DNA of 25,109 nucleotides from Verrucomicrobiota bacterium (GTDB lineage Bacteria; Verrucomicrobiota; Verrucomicrobiia; Opitutales; UBA953): the NCBI GenBank assembly GCA_046091055.1, contig JBJTAX010000044.1, forward strand, positions 1-25,109, given 5' to 3'. The position numbers were made by a program, and so were the translations under genes. This document shows positions 16,109-24,930 of this stretch, piece after piece. The notes under the pieces are model-generated. The model saw nothing but the letters and a program-made list of their open reading frames with translations. It was not told the DNA's origin and did no database searches. Positions within the stretch are counted from its first letter, which is position 1, and each line of letters starts with the position of its first letter.

Positions 16109-16468
16109 ATGACAAGTGCTCCGATCGTCGTGACCGGGGTCCATCTGGACCTCACCGACGCCCTGAAGGAAAAGGTGCGCGCCAAGGTCGAAAGACTGCT
16201 GCGCCACAACCCGCGGATCATCCGCGTGCACGTCGAACTCGTCCACACCCGCTGCAGCGACCATAGTCGCGAGTTCGGGGCTCAGATCAGGCTGGAGATC
16301 CCCGGGCCGGACATCGTCGTCCGGGAGGAGTCGGACGACCTTTACAAATCCATCGACATTTTGATCGACAAGGTCGACCGCCAGCTTCGCCGCCGCCATC
16401 GCCTGGATAAGGAGAAAAGGAATCATCCGCATCCGACAGACCTGGGCGACCTGGGACGCGCGGCGTAA
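16109..16468 (+). CDS. hpf: Ribosome hibernation promoting factor (HPF/RaiA), 119 aa
   Basis: IVVTGVHLDLTDALKEKVRAKVERL...DDLYKSIDILIDKVDRQLRR is the S30AE family pattern. Start re-picked at 16109. Confidence 0.92.
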   Translation: MTSAPIVVTGVHLDLTDALKEKVRAKVERLLRHNPRIIRVHVELVHTRCSDHSREFGAQIRLEIPGPDIVVREESDDLYKSIDILIDKVDRQLRRRHRLDKEKRNHPHPTDLGDLGRAA

Positions 16469-16642
16469 GGAGGGTACGGTACCGGCCGGCTGTCGGTGAG
16501 GACTGGACGTCGGTGAAAGTCGAAGTCGGCATGGCCGGAAGTCGGTGAAAACAGACGGAAAGCCAGTCAGACAGCGAAGTTGACGGACCGTCAGTCAGGG
16601 TACAGGCAACATCAGCCAAGTCAGCGTAGCCAAAGATGGTAC

Positions 16643-16682
16643 AGGACCCCGGTCGCCGCAAGGCGGCCGGGGTCCTCCTTTT
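16643..16682 (+). terminator. Intrinsic terminator downstream of hpf
   Basis: AGGACCCCGGTCGCC-GCAA-GGCGGCCGGGGTCCT forms a 15-bp stem (one G-U pair) with a GNRA loop, followed by CCTTTT. Confidence 0.88.
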
Positions 16683-16744
16683 GGACGGGTCGCCCGCCGC
16701 CTTAGTTTCTCGCCCTTGGGACTCGGGGGGCTTTTATCTGCCCC

Positions 16745-18157
16745 ATGCGCATTTATTTCATGGGCATCTGCGGCACGGCGATGGGCAACGCCGCCTTGCT
16801 GATGCGCGCCTTGGGTCACGAGGTCATGGGCTCCGACACGGGCATCTACCCGCCGATGTCCGACCACCTGCGCGGCGCGGGCGTCGAGATCCTGGAGGGC
16901 TGGTCCGCCGACCGCCTCGCCCAGCTGAAGCCGGACCTGGTCGTCGTCGGCAACGTCGCCTCGCGCGGCCACCCTGAGGTCGAATGGCTGCTCGAAGCCC
17001 GCACCCAGCCCTACGTCTCGCTCCCCGAACTGCTCCGCACCCGACTGCTGAACGAACGCCGTAACGTCGTCGTGGCCGGCACGCACGGCAAGACCACCAC
17101 GACCTGCATGGCCGCGGTGCTCCTCCAGGCCAACGGCGCCGCCCCCGGCTGGCTCGTCGGCGGCGTCCCCCGCGACCTGCCCGATTCCTCGCATCCGGGC
17201 AAGCAGGGCGGCCCTTTCGTCATCGAAGGCGACGAATACGACACGGCCTTCTTCGACAAGCGCAGCAAGTTCATCCAGTACCTGCCGCACGTCCTCGCGA
17301 TCAATAACTGCGAGTTCGACCATGCTGACATCTTCCGCGACCTCGATGACGTCCTGCGCACGTTCTCGCACGTCGTCCGCATCGTCCCGCGCGACGGAGC
17401 GATCGTCGCCAACGGCGACGACGCCAACGTCCTCGGTCTGGTGAAGAACGTCGCCTGGGCTCCGGTCATCCGCGTGGGCGTCGGCGCCGGCAACGACGCC
17501 GTCATCGCCGATTTCACGGAATCCCCGACGGGGTCTTCCTTCACGCTCCTCTGGAAGGGCAAGGAGTGGGGCAGGGTGAAGTGGGCCCTGCCGGGTCTGT
17601 TCAACGCCCGTAACGCCGCCATGGCGGCCGTTTCCGCGGGACTCCTGCTCGACGCCCAGGATCCGACCAAGCTGAAGCTCGAGGCGCTCAATTCCTTCCA
17701 AGGCGTCCAGCGTCGTCAGCAGGTGCTGGTAGACCGTCCCGACCTGACGGTGATCGAGGATTTCGGTCATCATCCGACCGCCCTCGACCTGACGCTGGAG
17801 TCCCTGCGAGCCCGCTATCCGCACCACCGCCTCGTCGCCTGCTTCGAGCCCCGGAGCAACACCGCCGCCCGAAAGGTGATGCAGGATGCCTTCCAAGAGG
17901 CGCTGAAGAAGGCCGATGAGGTCTTCCTGCCTCCGCCCCATCGCGCGGACAAGCTCGGCGAAGAACGCTTCGACAGCCCCGGCGTCGCCGCCGCGATCAC
18001 GGCGGCCGGCCGGAAGGGTTTCGCCTCGGCTTCGAACGAAGCCTTGCTGGCCGAACTCACCGCTCTCGTGAAGTCGGACAAGTCCCCGCGTTGCATCGTC
18101 TTCTTCTCGAACGGCGCCTTCGGCGGCATCATCAAGAAGTTCGCCCAAGCCGTCTGA
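16745..18157 (+). CDS. mpl: Murein peptide ligase Mpl (MurC-like ligase family), 470 aa
   Basis: IYFMGICGTAMG...GSDTGIYPPMS, VAGTHGKTTT, FVIEGDEYDTAFFDKRSKF, EFDHADIF, IEDFGHHPTA and FEPRSNT are Mpl-type rather than MurC-type motifs. Confidence 0.88.
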   Translation: MRIYFMGICGTAMGNAALLMRALGHEVMGSDTGIYPPMSDHLRGAGVEILEGWSADRLAQLKPDLVVVGNVASRGHPEVEWLLEARTQPYVSLPELLRTRLLNERRNVVVAGTHGKTTTTCMAAVLLQANGAAPGWLVGGVPRDLPDSSHPGKQGGPFVIEGDEYDTAFFDKRSKFIQYLPHVLAINNCEFDHADIFRDLDDVLRTFSHVVRIVPRDGAIVANGDDANVLGLVKNVAWAPVIRVGVGAGNDAVIADFTESPTGSSFTLLWKGKEWGRVKWALPGLFNARNAAMAAVSAGLLLDAQDPTKLKLEALNSFQGVQRRQQVLVDRPDLTVIEDFGHHPTALDLTLESLRARYPHHRLVACFEPRSNTAARKVMQDAFQEALKKADEVFLPPPHRADKLGEERFDSPGVAAAITAAGRKGFASASNEALLAELTALVKSDKSPRCIVFFSNGAFGGIIKKFAQAV

Positions 18158-18186
18158 TATCCGCGGCCTGACGTCCGGCAGTCCGC

Positions 18187-19086
18187 CTAGCCGAACAGGC
18201 CGAGCACCTGCTTTGCCTGAGCGGAGTCTTTCGCGATCTGCGACCGCAAGGCCGCGAGGTCCGTGAACTTCTGTTCGGCGCGGAGTCGTCGCACCCAGCG
18301 GATACGGACGGTGTCACCTGTGTTCGGCGCTGGCCCGCGGAGTATATGGGCTTCAAGCAGGGGAGCGACAGGGCCGCTTTCGACCGTCGGGCGCTGACCG
18401 TAGTTGGCGACGGCGGGGAGGGCCTCGCCCTGGAAGATCACTTCGACAGCGTAGACGCCGTAGGCGGGCCTGAGTTCGGGTTGCCAGGCGAGGTTCACGG
18501 TCGGGAAACCGATGGTCCGGCCGAGTCGTCGTCCGCCGATGATGACGCCTTCGGCCTCGTAGGGTCGGAGCAGCATCGCGTTCGCGAGGGTGAGGTCCCC
18601 GGAGGCTAGGCACTGGCGGATCCGCGAGCTGCTGACGGTCTCCTCGCCCAGGCTGACCGCCGCGACGAGCCTGACGCCGAGGCCTTCGTCCGCGCCGTGG
18701 GCGATGAGGGTCTCGCCGTGGCCGGCGCGCCCCCGGCCATACTGGAAACTGGAGCCGACGTGCAGCGACCTCAGTCCCGGGAAGGCCTGCTTCAGCCACT
18801 TCGGGAAGTCGGCGGCTTCCATGCCGGCATGGGCGCGGTCGAACTTCTCGTGATGGATCAGCTGGGCGCCGGCTTCGGTCAGGCGTTCGTCCTTCTGCGC
18901 GCGCGTGAAGATCAGCGGGACCGCCGACTCCGGGCGCAGGACCTTGCTCGGGTGCGGGTCGTAGGTGAGCACGCCGACGCTGCCGCCGTCCGCCCGGGCG
19001 GCCTCGCGGGCGGAGTGCAGCACGGCGCGATGGCCGAGGTGCACGCCGTCGAAGGCGCCGATGGCGAGATGGAGGGGCGAGGTCAT
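18187..19086 (-). CDS. ribF: Bifunctional riboflavin kinase/FAD synthetase, 299 aa
   Basis: [53 protein letters not shown] and LRAEQKF. The true start is MTSPLH; the longer ORF call is shadow sequence. Confidence 0.97.
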   Translation of the reverse strand: MTSPLHLAIGAFDGVHLGHRAVLHSAREAARADGGSVGVLTYDPHPSKVLRPESAVPLIFTRAQKDERLTEAGAQLIHHEKFDRAHAGMEAADFPKWLKQAFPGLRSLHVGSSFQYGRGRAGHGETLIAHGADEGLGVRLVAAVSLGEETVSSSRIRQCLASGDLTLANAMLLRPYEAEGVIIGGRRLGRTIGFPTVNLAWQPELRPAYGVYAVEVIFQGEALPAVANYGQRPTVESGPVAPLLEAHILRGPAPNTGDTVRIRWVRRLRAEQKFTDLAALRSQIAKDSAQAKQVLGLFG

Positions 19087-19802
19087 GTGGCGGGCGCGGC
19101 TTCGCTCACGGGCACGAGGGCGGCGGCGAGCTGGTCGTCGTTCATCGCGCCGAGCTGTGGCAAGGTGTGGCCGCGCGACAGGTCGAGCCGGCCCGAGCGC
19201 GTGCGGCGGAGCATCGAGAGGTGAGCGCCCGGGCCGAGCTTGCGTCCGAGGTCGTAGGCCAGCGTGCGCACGTAGGTCCCTTTGGTGCAGCGGACGCGGA
19301 AATTGATCCGGGGCCTTTCCCAGGAGAGCAGCTCGAACTCGGAGATGCGGATCGCGCGGGGTTCGCGCACGACTTCGATGCCCTTGCGGGCGAGGTCGTA
19401 GAGTTTCCGGCCGCCGACCTTCTTGGCCGAATGCATCGGCGGGACCTGCGACTGGTCGCCCAGCATCGAAGCGAGGGCGGCGCGCACCTGCGCTTCCGTG
19501 AGCTCGGGGACCGGGTTCGTATCCAGCGTCTCGCCTTCGGCGTCCTGGGTGTCGGTCACGATGCCAAGGGTGGCCTCGCCGAGGTATTCCTTGTCCTGGG
19601 CCATCAGCTGGTCGGAGGCCTTGGTCGCCTTGCCGACGAGCACGATGAGCAGGCCGGTCGCCATCGGGTCGAGCGTGCCGGCGTGGCCGACGCGGCGCGT
19701 GCGGTAGAGCCGGCGGACGCTGTCCACGACGTCGTGCGAGGTGATGCCCTGCGGCTTGTCGACGAGCAGCACGCCCGCGGGTTCGGCGACGGGCTCGCTC
19801 AT
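19083..19802 (-). CDS. truB: tRNA pseudouridine(55) synthase TruB, short form, 239 aa
   Basis: [37 protein letters not shown] and [19 protein letters not shown] overlap with ribF. Confidence 0.97.
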   Translation of the reverse strand: MSEPVAEPAGVLLVDKPQGITSHDVVDSVRRLYRTRRVGHAGTLDPMATGLLIVLVGKATKASDQLMAQDKEYLGEATLGIVTDTQDAEGETLDTNPVPELTEAQVRAALASMLGDQSQVPPMHSAKKVGGRKLYDLARKGIEVVREPRAIRISEFELLSWERPRINFRVRCTKGTYVRTLAYDLGRKLGPGAHLSMLRRTRSGRLDLSRGHTLPQLGAMNDDQLAAALVPVSEAAPAT

Positions 19803-20800
19803 TTCGCCGCGTATTCGCGATAGTGGGCGATGACGATCCCGAGGATCTTCGCGCGGTCCTGGGGCAGGCGGCAGCCCTGCATGTTGAAGCCGGCCGCGAG
19901 CATGTGGCCGCCGCCGTTGAGCTTGGAGGCGCAGAGGTCGAGGCGGAGCTTCGGGTCGCGGCCACGCAGGCTGCCGCGGATGCCGTCGGCGCCTTCCTCC
20001 ATCAGCACGGCGACCTCGACGCCTTCGACGGAACGCGGGAATTCGACGAGGCCTTCCTTATCCTCCTTCGAAGTGCCGGTCGCGGCGTAATCGGCCTGCG
20101 TGAGTTCGCCCGAGCAGATCTTGCCGCCTTCGTTGAAGGCGATCGTGTTGAGGAAGCGCTTCGTGAGCTCGAGTTTCCCGCGGCTTTCCTGCTCGAAGAC
20201 GCGGGTGTTGGCCTCGGCGGGGTCGGCGACGCGCCTGACGAGTTCGGCGACGATACCGAAGACTTCGGCGGTCGTGCTGCGGTAGCAGAAACGTCCGGTG
20301 TCGGTCAGGATACCGAGGTGCAGGGCCTTGGCGGTGACGGCATCGACGGCCAGGCCCTGGGCGAGGGCGCCGGCGGCGAGGATGTGGCAGGTGGCGGCGG
20401 CCTCGCGGACGACGATGTTCGTGCGCGCGTAGTCCGGGTTCGAGGCGTGGTGGTCGATGTTGGCGAGGATGCCCGCCGGGAATTTGGCGAGCAGTTCCGT
20501 CCCGATGCGGGACGCATCGGCACAGTCGACCGTGACGGCGACACGGTCGGTCGCGTCATAATCGGCCCCTTTGACGAAGGCCACGCCCTCGGCGTAGGGG
20601 ACGAGGTTCGGGGGGATCCGATCTCGGTTCACGCAGAGGGCGTCGACGTCCTCGGCCAGCAGCATCCGGCAGAGCGCGACCTGGGAGCCGATGCAGTCGC
20701 CATCTGGGCGCATATGGCCCAATACGGCCACTTTCCTCCCTTTGAGGCCCTTGACGAGGCCTCGGAGGGCCTCGCCCGCCGCTTGCATGCTGATACCCAT
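19799..20800 (-). CDS. nrnA: DHH/DHHA1 phosphoesterase NrnA (nanoRNase / pAp phosphatase), about 333 aa
   Basis: [33 protein letters not shown] and [13 protein letters not shown] overlap with truB. The start could be 20800 or 20788. Confidence 0.92.
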   Translation of the reverse strand: MGISMQAAGEALRGLVKGLKGRKVAVLGHMRPDGDCIGSQVALCRMLLAEDVDALCVNRDRIPPNLVPYAEGVAFVKGADYDATDRVAVTVDCADASRIGTELLAKFPAGILANIDHHASNPDYARTNIVVREAAATCHILAAGALAQGLAVDAVTAKALHLGILTDTGRFCYRSTTAEVFGIVAELVRRVADPAEANTRVFEQESRGKLELTKRFLNTIAFNEGGKICSGELTQADYAATGTSKEDKEGLVEFPRSVEGVEVAVLMEEGADGIRGSLRGRDPKLRLDLCASKLNGGGHMLAAGFNMQGCRLPQDRAKILGIVIAHYREYAAK

Positions 20801-20880
20801 GGTCTTGGCGATGAACAAACAGGCGGGTTCCGCCGCTGGCAAAGGCAAAAGGCGGGGTTATCCCCGACTTCGGGGAACGC

Positions 20881-20908
20881 TTGAACCTCTCCGCGGTTCG
20901 GGCATAGT
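20881..20908 (+). promoter_or_regulatory. Possible sigma70-type promoter for clpC (TTGAAC-16-CATAGT)
   Basis: Motif match by eye, 48 nt upstream of the clpC ATG. Weak evidence. Confidence 0.3.
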
Positions 20909-20956
20909 CCCTGCTAACCACCTCACGAGGCGCTTCGCCTTCAAACCCTACTTCTC

Positions 20957-23509
20957 ATGGATAAGGACAAAAACAGCAATTTCACTCCCCGCGCCCGCAA
21001 GGTCGTGGAACTGGCCCGGGCGGAAGCCCGCCGGTTCAACCACAACTACGTCGGCACGGAGCACATCCTGCTCGGGCTCATCAAGCTCGGCGAGGGCGTC
21101 GCGGTCAACGTCCTCGGCCGCATGGGCCTCGACCTGAAGATTGTCCGCTCCGCCGTCGAGAAACAGGTCGGTCCCGGCCCCGAAGAAGCCAAGGCGCCCG
21201 ACACGATTCCGCTCACGCCTCGCGTCCAGAAGGTCATGGCGCACGCCGTCACCGAAGCCCGCGCCCTCGGGCATGCCTACGTCGGCACGGAGCACATCCT
21301 GCTCGGTCTTCTCAAGGAAGGGGAGGGCGTCGCCGCCCGCGTCCTGCAGCAGCTCGACGTCGACCTCGAACGCTGCCGAAAGGAGATCCTCGCCGATATC
21401 GACCCCTCCGCCGCCGACGAGGCCGAGAAGAAAGACGGCGACACGCCGCCCCCGTCTGAAGATTCCTCGGACGACGCGCCGCCGCCTTCCCGTCGCTCCT
21501 CCTCCGAAGAGGGTGCCCGCCCAGGCCGCGGCGAACGTCTCTCGCTCCTTAAGACCTTCGGTCGCGACCTCACCGAGCTCGCCAAGGCCGGCGAACTCGA
21601 CCCGGTCATCGGCCGTAAGGAAGAGATCCGTCGCGTGGTGCAGATCCTCTGCCGCCGCACGAAGAACAATCCGGTCCTCATCGGCGAAGCCGGCGTGGGC
21701 AAGACCGCCATCGTCGAAGGCCTCGCCCAGGAGATCGCCTCCGGCGTCGTGCCGGAGATCCTGCTCGACCGCAAGGTCATCACGCTCGACCTCGCCTTGA
21801 TGGTCGCCGGGACGAAATACCGCGGCCAGTTCGAAGAGCGCATCAAGGGCATCATGGACGAGATCAAGCGCGCCAAGAACGTCATCCTGTTCATCGACGA
21901 GATGCACACGATCGTCGGCGCCGGCGCCGCCGAAGGCGCGATGGACGCCTCGAACATCCTCAAGCCGGCCTTGTCGCGCGGCGAGATCCAGTGCGTCGGC
22001 GCCACCACGCTCTCGGAATATCGCAAGCACATCGAGAAGGACGCCGCCCTCGAGCGCCGCTTCCAGTCCGTCAAGGTCGACGACCCGACGCCGGAGGACG
22101 CCGTGCTCATACTGCGCGGCATCCGCGCGAAATACGAGGAGCACCACAAGTGCGAGTACACCGACGCCGCCATCGAGGCCGCGGTCCGTCTCTCGCATCG
22201 TTACATCACCGCCCGCCACCTGCCTGACAAGGCCATCGACGTCATGGACGAGGCCGGCGCCCGCGCCCGCATCCGTTCCCTGAACCTGCCCCCGGAGATC
22301 GACTCGGTCCAGGCCGAGGTCGACAAGGTCGTGCAGCAGAAGGAGGAGGCTTCCCGCCACCAGCAGTTCGAGGAGGCCGCCGGCCTCCGGGACACCGAGA
22401 AGAAGCTCCGCGCGAAGCGCGAGAAGATGCTCGAGGAGTGGCGCAAGAAGCGCGACGAGAAGCGCATCGTCGTCGGCGAGGAGGAGATGCTCCACATCGT
22501 CGCCGACTGGACGGGCGTGCCCCTCAACCGTCTCGAGAAGAAGGAGACCAAGAAGCTCCTCGAGCTCGAGAAGGACCTGCAGACGGCCGTCATCGGCCAG
22601 GACCGCGCCTGCGAGGTCGTGGCCCGCGCCCTCCGGCGCTCCCGCGCCGACCTCAAGGATCCGCGCCGCCCGATCGGATCCTTCCTCTTCCTCGGCCCCA
22701 CCGGCGTCGGCAAGACGCTCCTGGCCCGCTCCCTGGCCGAACGCATGTTCGGCGAGAAGGACGCGGTCATCCAGATCGACATGTCCGAGTACATGGAGAA
22801 GTTCACGGTCTCACGCCTGATCGGCTCGCCGCCCGGCTACGTGGGCCACGACGAAGGCGGCCAGCTCACCGAGGCGGTCCGCCGCAAGCCCTATTCCGTC
22901 GTGCTCTTCGACGAGATCGAGAAGGCCCACCCGGACGTCATCCAGCTCCTCCTGCAGGCCCTGGAGGACGGTCGCCTGACCGACTCGCTCGGCCGCGTCG
23001 TCGACTTCCGCAACACGATCATCATCCTGACCTCCAACGTCGGGGCCGACGTGCTGCAGCGCAACAACTCCGTCGGCTTCGACGTCGGCGTGGACTCCAC
23101 GCGCGACTACGAGAAGCTCAAGGAGCGCATCATGGACGAGACCAAGCGAGCCTTCAAGCCCGAGTTCCTCAACCGTCTGACGGATATCGTCATCTTCCAG
23201 CAGCTTGCGAAGGTCCACATGACCAAGATCGTCGACATCGAGGTCGACAAGGTCGCCAAGCGCCTCCTCGAGCTCGGCGTGAAGCTCGTGGTCAACGAAG
23301 CCGCCCGCGGCTACTTGGTCGACAACGGCTGGGACGAGAAATACGGCGCCCGCCCGCTCCGCCGCGCGGTCGAACGTCTCCTCGAGGATCCGCTGGCCGA
23401 AGCCATCCTGCGCGACGACTACAATAAGGAGGAGCCGGTCATCGTCTCGGTCGGCGAGAAGGGCCTCGTCTTCACGCAGAAGAAGAGTGGTGCCGACACC
23501 GGCGCCTAA
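20957..23509 (+). CDS. clpC: ATP-dependent Clp protease ATPase subunit ClpC, 850 aa
   Basis: Two Clp_N repeats ([11 protein letters not shown] twice), AAA1 GEAGVGKT / FIDEMH, a UVR-like M domain ([11 protein letters not shown]), AAA2 GPTGVGKT / LFDEIEKAH, and a ClpP-docking loop SVGF. Confidence 0.95.
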   Translation: MDKDKNSNFTPRARKVVELARAEARRFNHNYVGTEHILLGLIKLGEGVAVNVLGRMGLDLKIVRSAVEKQVGPGPEEAKAPDTIPLTPRVQKVMAHAVTEARALGHAYVGTEHILLGLLKEGEGVAARVLQQLDVDLERCRKEILADIDPSAADEAEKKDGDTPPPSEDSSDDAPPPSRRSSSEEGARPGRGERLSLLKTFGRDLTELAKAGELDPVIGRKEEIRRVVQILCRRTKNNPVLIGEAGVGKTAIVEGLAQEIASGVVPEILLDRKVITLDLALMVAGTKYRGQFEERIKGIMDEIKRAKNVILFIDEMHTIVGAGAAEGAMDASNILKPALSRGEIQCVGATTLSEYRKHIEKDAALERRFQSVKVDDPTPEDAVLILRGIRAKYEEHHKCEYTDAAIEAAVRLSHRYITARHLPDKAIDVMDEAGARARIRSLNLPPEIDSVQAEVDKVVQQKEEASRHQQFEEAAGLRDTEKKLRAKREKMLEEWRKKRDEKRIVVGEEEMLHIVADWTGVPLNRLEKKETKKLLELEKDLQTAVIGQDRACEVVARALRRSRADLKDPRRPIGSFLFLGPTGVGKTLLARSLAERMFGEKDAVIQIDMSEYMEKFTVSRLIGSPPGYVGHDEGGQLTEAVRRKPYSVVLFDEIEKAHPDVIQLLLQALEDGRLTDSLGRVVDFRNTIIILTSNVGADVLQRNNSVGFDVGVDSTRDYEKLKERIMDETKRAFKPEFLNRLTDIVIFQQLAKVHMTKIVDIEVDKVAKRLLELGVKLVVNEAARGYLVDNGWDEKYGARPLRRAVERLLEDPLAEAILRDDYNKEEPVIVSVGEKGLVFTQKKSGADTGA

Positions 23510-23512
23510 GCG

Positions 23513-23860
23513 ATGTCCCGTCTGGTCACCGCAGGGCTCCTCGGCACGACCGCCATCGCGCTGGGGGCCTTCGGCGCGCATGGCCTGAAGGAGCGTCTCG
23601 CCTTGATCCCGGAGGCCTCCGGCTGGTGGGAGACGGCCACGTTCTACCTGCTCACGCATGCCGTCGCCATCGGCGCGGTCGCCGGGCGTTCGCCGTGGCC
23701 GGCCCGGCTCTGGGCCGTCGGCGCCGCGATCTTCGCCGCCACGCTCTACGCGATGGCCATGGGCGCCCCGCGCTGGCTGGGTGCGATTACGCCGATCGGC
23801 GGTTCTTCGCTGATCGCGGGCTGGGTCGTGTTCGCTTGGACGGCTCGCAAGGAATCCTGA
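23513..23860 (+). CDS. DUF423 (YgdD/TMEM256) family membrane protein, 115 aa
   Basis: LGAFGAHGL, WETATFYLLTHA and LGAITPIGG are family motifs; 4 TM segments. Confidence 0.9.
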   Translation: MSRLVTAGLLGTTAIALGAFGAHGLKERLALIPEASGWWETATFYLLTHAVAIGAVAGRSPWPARLWAVGAAIFAATLYAMAMGAPRWLGAITPIGGSSLIAGWVVFAWTARKES

Positions 23861-23895
23861 CTTGCCGAAGCGACGGCCGCCGCCGAACTTGGGGC

Positions 23896-24282
23896 ATGGC
23901 GGAGCCTTTTACTTATCACGACGACGGCGGCGATGACCTCGAGCCGGCCGAGCGCGAGGTGGTCTGCCGTTATTATATCGAAGCAGGCCCGCAGCACACC
24001 GAGTTCGTGACGCAGTTCCTCGGACCCAGCGAATGCGGCAAGTTCGACGTCCTCTGGGAAGAATCCGACATGACCGAGGAAGTCCCGGTCGCCGTGGCCT
24101 GGCTGCCGCGCGGACAGCTGACCGGCTTCGAGCTTTGGCAGACCCTGGCCTTGGCGTTCTGGAACGTGAAGAAGGAGGGCGAGTATTGGGAGAACGCCGA
24201 TTGCATCGAAGTCATCGATCGACCAGACACGTTGGTTGATGCTGATGCCTTTCGTGCGGTGCTCACCGCGGTCTGGCCTTAG
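23896..24282 (+). CDS. Hypothetical acidic protein, 128 aa
   Basis: ATG at 23896 lies 35 nt after the DUF423 stop. Globular-looking composition, GC3-rich codons over most of its length, and it ends just before a hairpin. Confidence 0.75.
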   Translation: MAEPFTYHDDGGDDLEPAEREVVCRYYIEAGPQHTEFVTQFLGPSECGKFDVLWEESDMTEEVPVAVAWLPRGQLTGFELWQTLALAFWNVKKEGEYWENADCIEVIDRPDTLVDADAFRAVLTAVWP

Positions 24283-24292
24283 GGTTTAAGCC

Positions 24293-24323
24293 AAAAGAAA
24301 AGGCGGAGCCTGTCGGCTCCGCC
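24293..24323 (-). terminator. Intrinsic terminator for the minus-strand lipoprotein gene (possibly bidirectional)
   Basis: GGCGGAGCC-TGTC-GGCTCCGCC is a 9-bp perfect stem with AAAAGAAAA on its left side, which is a U-tract on the minus strand. Confidence 0.88.
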
Positions 24324-24347
24324 CGGGTCACGCGAGCGCGGCGTCGT

Positions 24348-24893
24348 TCAGCCGCCGAGGCCGGCGGGCGCGGCGTCGAGCCGGCTCGCGGCCGAGGCTG
24401 CGCCGGCGTCGGTCGAACTGACTTCCAGCAGGAGTCCGCGGCGGTCGACCCGGTGGTCGTAGGCGACGCCGTTCTTGCCGCCGGTATGGCGGCGCTCCAT
24501 CAGGGCGCTTCCGGCGCCCGGACGGCTTTCGGTCACGGTCAGCGTGAGGCGACGTTCGTCGGCCTTGTGGTCGTAGCTGACGCCGTTCTTCCCGCCGGTG
24601 TGCTGGCGTTCGGTCGAGGACCGGAGGTCGCTCGTCACGGTGACGATGAGCTTCGCGGTTTCCGCCGACGCGGGGCTCAGGCCGGCCTTCTGCAGGCGGT
24701 CGCGGAGTCCCCGGATCTCGTTTTCACCGAGCCCGGAGCGACGAGCGTCCAGGTGATAGGTCGTGCCTTGCTTGGCGACCTCTTGCAGGTTGCCGCGGCT
24801 CTGCACGACGGGTTGCGACGCGCAACCGACGCTGAGCGCGGCGACGAGGAGGGCGAGGGCGGACGCCTTCAAGCGGATTTGGTTTTTCGACAT
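24348..24893 (-). CDS. Hypothetical lipoprotein, loosely DUF4136-like, with an internal repeat, 181 aa
   Basis: Basic N-terminus, hydrophobic core and lipobox LSVGC. The GLSPASAETAKLIVTV segment resembles DUF4136-type lipoproteins (recall only). Has its own terminator. Confidence 0.8.
   Translation of the reverse strand: MSKNQIRLKASALALLVAALSVGCASQPVVQSRGNLQEVAKQGTTYHLDARRSGLGENEIRGLRDRLQKAGLSPASAETAKLIVTVTSDLRSSTERQHTGGKNGVSYDHKADERRLTLTVTESRPGAGSALMERRHTGGKNGVAYDHRVDRRGLLLEVSSTDAGAASAASRLDAAPAGLGG
24417..24611 (-). repeat. Diverged direct repeat of 81 nt / 27 aa (copies 24531-24611 and 24417-24497)
   Basis: ERQHTGGKNGVSYDHKADERRLTLTVT vs ERRHTGGKNGVAYDHRVDRRGLLLEVS: 18/27 identical, period 114 nt. 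Confidence 0.92.
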
Positions 24894-24930
24894 GCTTGCA
24901 GCCCCCGGTTTTGCTCTTAAACATAGGGCT

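Noticed and set aside
16490-16550. GTCGGTGA repeats as a mini-CRISPR array
   Set aside because: Units are only 8 bp, spacing is irregular (17 and 32 nt) and there are no cas genes.
16287-16661. 124-aa minus-strand ORF over the hpf 3' region
   Set aside because: Antisense to hpf for half its length, begins inside the terminator hairpin, and has low-complexity Ser/Thr/Pro content.
19087-19965. 293-aa N-terminal extension of RibF in the ORF track
   Set aside because: An alternative frame of truB and nrnA; RibF homology begins at MTSPLH.
20883-20917. CIRCE or LexA-like operator upstream of clpC (TGCTAA half-site; GAACC-N7-GGTTC)
   Set aside because: Only one CIRCE half is present, and the dyad is 5 bp with spacing that matches no LexA box I know.
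21406-21535. Acidic/Pro-rich linker in ClpC and absence of adjacent mcsA/mcsB/ctsR
   Set aside because: The N-domain linker is normally variable and disordered, and the partner genes may lie elsewhere in the genome.
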